This document shows, in pieces, positions 1-8,806 of a DNA stretch of 16,803 nucleotides; position 1 is the stretch's first letter, and each line of letters opens with the position of its first letter. The translations under genes and the position numbers were made by a program. The DNA is taken from the NCBI RefSeq assembly GCF_006345805.1, contig NW_021825087.1, positions 1 to 16,803 on the forward strand, written 5' to 3'. Below the pieces are notes generated by a model that was not told the origin of the DNA, searched no databases, and worked only from the letters and a program-made list of their open reading frames with translations. The DNA is from Octopus sinensis. Taxonomy: Eukaryota.

Positions 1-253
1 ACACACCCAGCATCGGTTGTCAAGCAATGCTAGGGGGACAAACACAGACACACAAACATATACACACACACATATATATATACATTTATACGATAGGCTC
101 TTTCAGTTTCCGTCTACCAAATCCACTCACAAGGCATTGGTCAGCCCGGGGCTATAGCAGAAGTAATTACCCAAGATGCCACGCAGTGTGACTGAACCCG
201 GAACCATGTGGCTGGTCAGGCAAGCTACTTACCACACAGCCACTCCTACGCCT
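1..253 (-). mobile_element. tRNA-derived SINE, family A (3' part cut by window edge)
   Basis: Minus strand reads aggcgtaggagtggctgtgtggtaagtagcttg...ccgggttcagtcacactgcgtggcatcttggg (A/B-box-like head). It is homologous to the + copy at 13437 and the - head at 12794, and has a central CA/TA microsatellite. Confidence 0.9.
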
Positions 254-260
254 ATATGTA

Positions 261-327
<67 letters not shown>

Positions 328-348
328 ATACATGTATATATATATATA
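254..348. repeat. (TA)n microsatellite, interrupted
   Basis: Direct reading. Confidence 0.95.
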
Positions 349-563
349 TGTGTGTGTGTTTGCGTGTCTGTGTTTGTCCCCCAACATCGCTTGACAACCG
401 ATGCTGGTGTGTTTACGTCCCCGTAACGAAGCGGTTCGGCAAAAGAGACCGATAGAATAAGTACTGGGCTTCCAAAGAATAAGTCCTGGGGTCGATTTGC
501 TCGACTAAAGGCGGTGCTCCAGCATGGCCACAGTCAAAATAACTGAAACAATTAAAAGAGAAT
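349..563 (+). mobile_element. SINE family A, 3' half
   Basis: tgtgtttgtccccc aacatcgcttgacaaccgatgctgg...cgactaaaggcggtgctccagcatggcc.cagtcaaa. It matches 14215-14432 and is the inverted homolog of 1-70. Confidence 0.9.
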
Positions 564-571
564 ATAGCTAT

Positions 572-728
572 AATGGCCCAGTGGTTAGGGCAGCGGACTT
601 GCGGTCGTAGGATCTCGGTTTCGATTCCCAGACCGGGCGTTGTGTGTGTTTATTGAGCGAAAACACCTAAACGCTCCACGAGGCTCCGGCAGGGGATGGT
701 GGTGGGCCCTGCTGTACTCTTTCACCAC
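572..728 (+). mobile_element. SINE family B, 5' part only
   Basis: aatggcccagtggttagggcagcggact...ggtttcgattcccagaccgggcg is near-identical to the heads at 14666 and 15810. It stops at ctctttcaccac. Confidence 0.9.
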
Positions 729-796
729 TCTAAAGGCGATGCTCCAGCATGGCCGCAGTCAAATGACTGAAACAAGTACAAAAAAAAAAAAAAAAA
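729..796 (+). mobile_element. SINE family A 3' tail plus 17-nt poly(A), fused to the B head
   Basis: ctaaaggcgatgctccagcatggccgcagtcaaatgactgaaacaagt matches the A tails at about 505-550 and 14365-14410. The A run is 780-796. Confidence 0.85.
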
Positions 797-1100
797 CTGA
801 GAATGTGTGTCTGTCTGTCTATCTGCCTGCCTGTCTGTCTGTCTGTCTGTCTGCTGTGTGTTTCCCTAAAACTTGAGAACTACACAATCATTTTCATTCA
901 AATTTTACACATGCCTTACTTAGAGTCCAGGGAGTGCCATCGGCAAAAAGAATTTTTAACTTTTTGCCTAGGGCAAGCCCACAGCAACATCATATCTTCT
1001 CCACTACGATTCCCTAAAACTTGAGAACTACACAACCAATTTCATTCAAATTTTACACATGCCTTACTTAGGGTCCATGTAGTTTCATGGGCAAAAAAAA
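797..1100 (+). mobile_element. Probable non-autonomous Helitron-like fragment with (CTGT)n and an internal 148-bp-period duplication
   Basis: (CTGT)n followed by an aac..attttcattcaaatttt motif has the same layout as the complete element at 6927-7317 (tgtctg...caaccgattctgatgaaactt). Direct repeat 862-950 / 1010-1098. No termini found. Confidence 0.5.
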
Positions 1101-1410
1101 ATGTTCACACACACACACATATATAATATAATTTAATTAGAGGATATGTTAACCTTCAGAAGGATGGTTGCATCCAAGGAAATACTGGTTCAATACCTAG
1201 TATTGTCGGGGAATGAAATTCCCCTAGAACAATAGGTATATATTAAGTATATATATTATATACAGTTAAAAGAAGAAAAGAAAAACATAGAGAATGTACA
1301 AAATTATAAATAAAAGGAGAAATATACTCTGATATCATTTATTTATTTTACTATTGGATATTCTTATTTAACGCCAATTGGTTCGCAATATCCAATGGTA
1401 AAATAAAATT

Positions 1411-1643
1411 AGGGCGACGAGCTGGCAGAATCGTTAGCACGCCGGACGAAATGCTTAGCAGTATTTCGACTGCCGCTACGTTCTGATTTCAAATTCCGCC
1501 GAGGTCGACTTTGCCTTTCATCCTTTCGGTGTCGATTAAATAAGTACCAGTTACGCACTGGGGTCGATGTAATCGAATTGATACGTAAGTATGTCCTTGT
1601 TTGTCCCCTCTATCTTTAGCCCCCTTGTGGGTAATAAAGAAAT
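1411..1643 (+). mobile_element. SINE family C, full length, 15-bp TSD
   Basis: A-box-like tggcagaatcg, B-box-like gatttcaaattcc, core gcctttcatcctttcggtgtcgattaaataagtaccag. TSD tggtaaaataaaatt at 1396-1410 and 1644-1658. Confidence 0.93.
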
Positions 1644-1814
1644 TGGTAAAATAAAATTTTCTCATAGTATACTCTTCTTCACATATATATATATATACAC
1701 ATACACATATTTATTTATATGTTATTATAACGTTGGAACTAAAAAGATAAGGCTATAAAGAAAAATATTGCATAAATATATAGGCGTTTATTTACGTACG
1801 TATCTGCGACTGTA

Positions 1815-1902
1815 TACATACATACATACATACATACATACATACATACATACATACATACATACATACATACATACATACATACATACATACATACATA
1901 CA

Positions 1903-1931
<29 letters not shown>
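1815..1931. repeat. (TACA)n microsatellite, about 29 units
   Basis: Direct reading. Confidence 0.97.
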
Positions 1932-1934
<3 letters not shown>

Positions 1935-2160
1935 CATAAATACATATATATATGTATACATATATGAACGTGTGTGTGTGTATGTGTGTGTCCATCTATG
2001 TGTATGTGCGTTTGCGTGTGTTTGTGTGTATTCCGTCGTATACATATGTATAAATCTGGGAACAACTTTAAAAAAGATTTTGGTGCTTCAGAGATTCTAG
2101 ATCCTATTTTCGGTATATTCATGCAACGTAATAAGAATATTAGGAGATTTCTATTTATGA

Positions 2161-2961
2161 GTACCACCGTTGGTTGGTAGAGATAAGATCATTTTACCAC
2201 CTCTGCACATCAAGCTTTAAAGACTCCGCCGGTTACGACGACGAGGGTCCCAGCTGATACGATCAACGGAACAGCTTGCTCGTGAAATTAACGTGCAAAT
2301 GGCTGAGCATTCCACAGACACGTGTACCCTTAACGTAGTTCTCAGGGAGTTTCAGCGTGACACAGAGTGTGACAAGGCCGGCCCTTTCAAATACAGGTAC
2401 AACTCATTTTTGCCAGCTGAGTGGACTGGAGCAACGTGAAATAAAGTGTCTTGCTCAAGGACACAACGCGTCGCCGGGAATCGAACTCACAACCTTACGA
2501 TCATGAGCCGAATGCCCTAACCACTAAGCCACGCGCCCTCACAGCACATCAAGCTAGGTTTAATGAAAGTGTTTGCGAAGGATTTGCCCAACGAAGTGGA
2601 CTGCTTTGACGACATATGCAGAAAATGTCCACTGCTGAACATGAAGAAGCTAAAGGCAGGTATCTTTGACGGGGGACTCATGACAGACCTGCATTTCCAA
2701 GATTCAATAAGCAACGCTAAAGCATAAGCATGGTTTTCCTTCGCTCTGGTTCTTCAAAGATTTTCTAAGGAGACATAAGCAGACAACTACTCTGAACCCC
2801 TATTCTCTTCTTTCATTGAGCTTGGCTTAAGAACTATGGAAGAAAGATACTAGGCACATTGAGATAACCATATAATTGTGGTTTACTTTGGGGCTGTTTA
2901 ATGTGATTGCCCTGGAGCAGTTCACTACAGGAAGTCTCTGAAACGCTGCTTTCACGTTTGA
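2161..2961 (+). pseudogene. Decayed DNA-transposon transposase C-terminus (Chapaev/CMC-like), interrupted by SINE D
   Basis: After removing the SINE and one TSD: VPPLVGRDKIILPPLHIKLGLMKVFAKDLPNEVDCFDDICRKCPLLNMKKLKAGIFDGG..AWFSF..ADNYSE..SFIELG..MEERY*AH*DNH..CDCPGAVHYRKSLKRCFHV*. The motifs match, from memory, the LPPLHIKLGLMK / KAGIFDG / MEERYQG.W transposase family. Several stops; the family name is uncertain. Confidence 0.8.
2217..2543 (-). mobile_element. SINE family D (different head and body, same 3' tail as B), 12-bp TSD
   Basis: Minus head gcgtggcttagtggttagggc...gagttcgattcccggc, body gtgtccttgagcaagacacttt, tail shared with 14863-15050. TSD gcacatcaagct at 2205-2216 and 2544-2555. 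Confidence 0.93.
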
Positions 2962-3115
2962 TTTTGACTTTAGTGGTGGTGCAGTTATCGTAGAAGTCCC
3001 ATGGCTATAATCGCTTTTATTAATTGAACATCTTGTCTATGGTAAATGGGTGCAATTTCAGTAATTGTATGTGTACAGTCTCGTGCATAAAGAATGGCAG
3101 TGTATCAATGAGAAA

Positions 3116-3691
3116 GGCGGCGAACTGGCAGAATCGTTAGCACGTCGGGGAGAAATGCCTAACGGTATTTCGTCTGTCTTTACGTTCTGAGTTCAAATTC
3201 CACCGAGGTCGACTTTGCCTTTCATCCTTTCGGAGTCGATTAAATAAGTACCAGTTACGCAATGGGGGTCGATGTAATCGACTTAATCCGTTTGTCTGTC
3301 CTTGTTTGTCCCCTCTGTGTTTAGCCCCTTGTGGGTAGTAAAGAAATAGGTATTTCGTCTGCCGCTACGTTCTGAGTTCAAATTCCGCCGAGGTCGACTT
3401 TGCCTTTCATCCTTTCGGAGTCGATTAAATAAGTACCAGTTACGCACTGGGGGTCGATGTAATCGACTTAATCCGTTTGTCTGTCCTTGTTTGTCCCCTC
3501 TGTGTGGGTAGTAAAGAAATAGGTATTTCGTCTGCCGTTACGTTCTGAGTTCAAATTCCACCGAGGTCGATTTTGCCTTTCATCCTTTCCGGGTCTATAA
3601 CATAAAAATCAACTGAATACAGGGATCGATGTGATCGATTTACCCAATGCCTCGAACTTTCTGGCCTTGTGCCAAAATTTGAAACCGATAT
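3116..3691 (+). mobile_element. SINE family C tandem trimer (one head, three bodies; last body has a different tail)
   Basis: Units restart at ggtatttcgtctg at about 3164, 3349 and 3522. The last unit ends ggccttgtgccaaaatttgaaacc. Flanking repeat tgtatcaatga at 3101-3111 and 3692-3702. Confidence 0.9.
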
Positions 3692-3716
3692 TGTATCAAT
3701 GATAACGTTCTACGCT

Positions 3717-3918
3717 TATTCTATCACTATCTCTATTTCTTTGTCGCTCTTCCTCTGTCTATATTCTTTTTCCCTCCCACCCTTCTCCAATTCTTCTCCT
3801 CTCCTTTCACTGGTCTGTATCTGTCCCTCTCTCTCCCTCTCTTCCACTTTGATTCTCTCGGTGGTCACACGTAACCAGCGGTCACCTTTCTTCTCCTTAC
3901 TCGATTTTCTTTCTTTCT
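3717..3918. repeat. Pyrimidine-rich direct repeat, copy 1
   Basis: Near-identical to 4800-4936, with about 65 bp extra (about 3785-3849). Confidence 0.9.
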
Positions 3919-4236
3919 CCGATTCAATGGATGTAATTTAATTATAATAAACGTATTCATCTTGTATGAAGCCATTTTATCCATCGAAAAGTAGCAATAA
4001 CGATTTGTAACCATAACGCCTTGTGTCCATTCGATTATATGCATAGCAATATATAAATCCTCTCGAGGACCACAGATGATGGAGAAAATCTGATGATATT
4101 AAGAATCAATGAGCAAAGTTTGCATAAAAGTAGCTCTCATATCTCAAGCACCAAATTCGGTGTTCTCTAGTGTAAATTTAACTATACATTCTTTCTCACA
4201 CCGAACTCTGCAAATTTCGTGCGTCTGAGGTGACAC

Positions 4237-4237
<1 letters not shown>

Positions 4238-4314
<77 letters not shown>

Positions 4315-4346
4315 CTGTATATATATTATATTTTATATATTATCTA

Positions 4347-4396
<50 letters not shown>

Positions 4397-4450
4397 CTAT
4401 CTATCTATCTATCTATCTATCTACTCTCTATCTATCTATCTATCTATCTA

Positions 4451-4499
<49 letters not shown>

Positions 4500-4523
4500 A
4501 CTATCAATCTATCTATCTATCAT

Positions 4524-4564
<41 letters not shown>

Positions 4565-4565
4565 A
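4238..4565. repeat. Compound microsatellite: (TA)n then (TATC)n
   Basis: Direct reading; TATC tract about 4344-4565. Confidence 0.97.
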
Positions 4566-4688
4566 TTAGTATATGTGAATATGTGTGTATATCAATTTCA
4601 AGAACCTGCTACGAATAAATATGCATGGATAAATAATTCTGACACTGTATTTGTACTTATGTCAATCGACAACATATTATTCATAAAA

Positions 4689-4764
4689 AAATTAGTATAC
4701 ATTTATATACAAAAGAGGTGTTCTATTACAGACACCTCTTTTGTGTACAAATGTACACTAATTT
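4689..4764. other. 33-bp inverted repeat with 10-nt loop
   Basis: 4689-4721 pairs with 4732-4764; 30 of 33 pairs are Watson-Crick. Confidence 0.9.
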
Positions 4765-4799
4765 CATATATATATATATATATAATTCTGATGCGACAC

Positions 4800-4936
4800 T
4801 ATTCTATCACTATCTCTATTTCTTTGTCGCTCTTCCTCTGTCTATATTCTTTTTCCATCCCACCCTTTCATTCTCTCGGTGGTCACACGTAACTAGCGGT
4901 CACCTTTCTTCTCCTAACTCGATTTTCTTTCTTTCT
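4800..4936. repeat. Pyrimidine-rich direct repeat, copy 2
   Basis: Matches 3717-3918 with an internal deletion. Confidence 0.9.
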
Positions 4937-5388
4937 TCTCGTTCAGCCACAAGGGATAGCACGCACTTTTGTCTGTCTCCTGTCAAAGCTTATTTCTTCA
5001 GTGTTCATCACTTCACCTCGTAATGGCTTAACAGCCCTTGCCGTTTGTTTTAACTGTCTTGTTTTTGTTACCAACTTTGACCCTCCGCAAATCCCAAATT
5101 CTATTTAATTTGCTTTCCGGGAGCAACCGTTTTCGACGAAGACGCATCTTGTCCTAATGTTCGAAATGCGGAGTAGATAAAACAGTGGACAACTGATGAA
5201 GGGATTGTTCTTTATATTGCCTGTCGTGTTTTTTCATTTGTTTCTTTCGTTGTTCACAATAAAAGATCGTTTTCTATGTTTTTATATTTCATTTTCTCGT
5301 TTTTCATGTTGATTACGTTTTTGACGTCCTGTACCCATATATGCATGTGTATATACATATATATGCAAATGTGTAATGTATGTATATA

Positions 5389-5389
<1 letters not shown>

Positions 5390-5460
<71 letters not shown>
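5390..5460. repeat. (TA)n microsatellite
   Basis: Direct reading. Confidence 0.97.
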
Positions 5461-5464
<4 letters not shown>

Positions 5465-5472
5465 TATTTTCA

Positions 5473-5830
5473 ATTGGCCGCTCGAAGCTGAGGTACAGGG
5501 ACGTGTGCAGTAGGGATATGAAGGCACTTGGCATCAAAACTAATTCCTGGGAGAATCTCGCAGCCGACTGAACCAGCTGGAGAGACACTCTTCACAAACA
5601 ACTGCAGACCGGCGAAGAGAATTTGAGGGTGGCGGCAGCTGAAAACCGAGTCCGCAGACAATATATGACAGCCAACAGACCGGTTTCAACGTATAGGTGT
5701 GACCTCTGCAATCGAGACAGCCTCTCTCGCATCGGTCTCTACAGCCACAGGAAGTGTTGCAAAAACTGAATAGACAAATTAACGGACGGATGTTATCATC
5801 CATGGTCAGCCATGACCGACGGAGGCCTTA
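5473..5830 (+). mobile_element. 5'-truncated RTE-clade LINE (ORF C-terminus and 3' UTR)
   Basis: [39 protein letters not shown]...YRCDLCNRDSLSRIGLYSHRKCCKN*. GRP.LR..D, WE.LA.DR..WR and CxxC...SRIGL.SH..C are typical RTE-BovB C-terminal motifs. Premature TGA at 5569-5571; terminal stop at 5767-5769. Confidence 0.9.
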
Positions 5831-5847
5831 GGAATTCATATATACAT

Positions 5848-5880
5848 GTATGTATGTATGTATGTATGTATGTATGTATG
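5848..5880. repeat. (TATG)n microsatellite
   Basis: Direct reading. Confidence 0.95.
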
Positions 5881-6246
5881 TCTTTATATTTTCACGTTTG
5901 TATATATAAATATTTACTCATACATACATACATACACACATGGATGCATATATATACTCGTATCTACTATGCATACCTATGTTATATATATATATGTGTG
6001 TTTGTGCGTGTATATGTATGTATGAATGTGTGTGTGTGGGCGTATATTTCCTTGTATATGTGTATGTCAACGAGTACTTTGTACGTGTTGCCTGCATAAA
6101 TAAATAAACAGTATCACCTGTGTGATGAATGATAGGCAAACATACATCCATACACAGACGCGCGTGCACACCCACGCACACACCATACAGACACAAACAG
6201 ACACACGCACATGTATATATGTATACATACATACTTACACTCCCCA

Positions 6247-6248
<2 letters not shown>

Positions 6249-6290
<42 letters not shown>

Positions 6291-6300
6291 ATATATATAT
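6249..6300. repeat. (CA)n followed by (TA)n microsatellite
   Basis: Direct reading. Confidence 0.95.
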
Positions 6301-6301
6301 T

Positions 6302-6451
6302 ATAATATAAGGGACATTAGCCAACTGAATATGGCTAGGGACAGGGCAGGTGGTGGGGGTGTCACTGTTGCATTTAGCCCCAAACAGTGACACCCCCACC
6401 ACCCTGCCCTGTCCCTAGCCATATTCAGTTGGCTAATGTCCCTTATATTAT
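6302..6451. repeat. Near-perfect 150-bp palindrome (68/69-bp arms, 13-nt spacer)
   Basis: 6302-6369 is the reverse complement of 6383-6451 except for a single 1-nt indel in a G/C run. Confidence 0.97.
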
Positions 6452-6926
6452 GGAGCAGTCACTGTCTATATCTCATTTAGAGAATTATTATTGCTATATA
6501 TATATATATATATATATAGGTAAAGAGAGAAAGTGTAAAAGAATGAAGAGAAAAATGAATTAATAAGTGGAAGTGTTTGAGTGAGAATTAGATATTAGAT
6601 TAAAGGCACTTTTCAGTTCCATCATTCCAACATTAGCCATTACATACAAAGCAAGCACCATGTCCACCAATCAATATGAAGATTGATATCTGGTGCTGAT
6701 TTTAAAAGTTACACTTCGTACAAGTTTAAATAATATTTCTCTGAGAATAAAATCTCAACGTATTTAATGGGTATGAAAATCCCTCAGACATTTAAAAATT
6801 TTATAAATTTTTCTTTAAATATGATAAATTTATAAAAGCTATCACAGAGTTAACCCCTTCACAATTTGGTTTCAATTTAATCTGTGATGTAGACTGTTCT
6901 GATAGTTATCAGAATTATAATTAATA

Positions 6927-7317
6927 CTAGCAGTATCGCCCGGCGTTGCTCAGGTTTGTAAGGGAAATAACTATAAAGCATTTTTAGAGAGTTATAGCCA
7001 AAAAATAGCAAAAAAATGGAAAAAAAATGATGGTAAATTTTTTTTGAAAGTTAAAAAAGGTGGTGGAGTTGAGTGCGTCCCCTAGACGGTCTGTGGTTTG
7101 GGTTTATGATTCTCGACCCCATGTCGAATTTATCGATTTTTTTCAGAACTGGGGGAACTTTTCAAAATTTTCGCTGCGTTAGTTATGAATTATGACATTG
7201 GGCTATGTGTGTGTCAAGTTTCATCAGAATCGGTTGAAAGCCGTGGTCAGAGTGAGGGTACGAGAAAACAGACACACAGAAAACGCACAGACAAACTGCC
7301 GTTTATATATAGAGAGA
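6927..7317 (-). mobile_element. Non-autonomous Helitron, 5' type 2
   Basis: Minus strand starts TCtctctatatataaa and ends cctgagcaacgccgggcgatactgCTAG, between A6926 and T7318, with no TSD. Confidence 0.88.
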
Positions 7318-8079
7318 TATACAATATATTAATTATTATTAATATATACAATACATATACGCTAACACATACATTCACACACACACATCTTTTCTCTCTT
7401 TCATATATCCAAACATATACCCTCCCGCCCCACCCCACTCACGGACAAGTATACAATAAACCCATTATTGTCACACATATACATAATCATTTATATTTAA
7501 CACCTTCGTATACATTTAGACGTGGGAAGAAAACTACACACAAACGTCGAAGCTTAGTGACTCAGAAATGCGTTTTCTGTGATCCGATGTCATAATTTAT
7601 GGTCATTGACTACACGGACAATTTCTCTTCAGTAACAGTTTTTGAAGCAAAGGTCTTTATATGTTTAGTGTACAGAAACATGTTAAGAATAATTATACAT
7701 AACTATATTTCAAACATCGTAGCTTATCGTGCCTCTAATTAGTTAATTCCATCTTTAGAAATCTTTGCACATATCAGCTAATGTTTCATTAGCTGTTTGG
7801 ATATATGAACCAAGGTCTTAGTGGTCTATTAGGGATACATCCGTTGTCTGCAGCTGATGAAACATTGTAAAAACAAGTGTTCTCCGGTGCTATGACCTAA
7901 TCCATGGCCCACACGCATGCGCGCGCCAACACACACACACACATTGTATATACATATGATGGAAGTCAACTGGTTGAGCAAGATTGCTTCCTGCAAACGT
8001 TCTGGGAGTCTAAAAAGTTCCAGTATGGGAATTTGAGCGGGTAAAGTGTTTTACTGCGCTAAACCCATTTTCAGTGAAA

Positions 8080-8473
8080 TCTTTATATATAAAAGAGAGG
8101 TTGTGTGCTGTCTGTCTCCTACGATTTAGATTCCTAACTACCTCCACATTTTGCGGTGCAGTTTAACCAAAACCGGGTATCTTATAGTCGTGATTCATAT
8201 CGAGCCCTTCTGGGTATTAGCGCGCATCTACGATGAGTCTACGATTTAAAAAAAATTACCATCAATTTTTCCCATTTTTAATGCATTTTTGGCATATATA
8301 AGGGAAGTAACTCTCTAAAAATGTATTATTAAATCTCAGAACGTAAAAAGCTACAGTAACACCCCCCCTCTGTGGTTAGCCATATTGAGATGGCTATTAT
8401 ATTTTACATCTCTAAAAATGCTTATATAGTTATTTGCCTTACAAACCCGAGCAACGCCGGGCGATACTGCTAG
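8080..8473 (+). mobile_element. Non-autonomous Helitron, 5' type 1
   Basis: A|TCtttatatataaaag ... cccgagcaacgccggg hairpin 8 nt before CTAG|T. Canonical Helitron termini and AT target. Confidence 0.92.
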
Positions 8474-8806
8474 TCAGCTATAAAACTAGTGGTACAACCA
8501 AGGCTGAGACGACCAGAACCCAACTGCACTTTTAGCTTCTTTTATACCATATAACCTTCTCCTAGAAAGATGTTCTAATAAGAACTAGTTTATCCTCCAC
8601 TCCCAGTGATTCAGAACCGGAAGCAGTTTTAAGTCATATCTGGATGCAGTTTTAAAACATACATCATATAAAAACGTGAGATTTTGAGATGTTCTTTGCG
8701 CCCCTATACGTTGTAGGAATAAGACGAAAACTTTGACGAAAGAAACACTGAATACGTACCTACTCACAAAAACATGTTTAACACACACACACACACACAT
8801 ATTTCG

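Noticed and set aside
572-650. tRNA genes at the SINE heads (also 2470-2540, 9190-9262, 14668-14740, 15810-15885)
   Set aside because: A and B boxes are present but acceptor stems are poor, and each continues into a SINE body, usually with TSDs.
1193-1396. Small hairpins (ggggaat-gaa-attcccc; attggatatt...aatatccaat)
   Set aside because: Short or imperfect stems in AT-rich DNA are plausible by chance.
3116-3600. CRISPR-like array of regularly spaced repeats
   Set aside because: The units are whole 170-185 bp SINE bodies without unique spacers, in a eukaryotic context.
4921-5030. Possible exon after a polypyrimidine tract and CAG at about 4945
   Set aside because: The tract belongs to the duplicated repeat; there is no strong donor or recognisable peptide.
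5131-5200. Second hammerhead-like motif (cgacgaa...cgaaa; ctgatgaa)
   Set aside because: The core, stem II and cleavage triplet cannot be assembled consistently.
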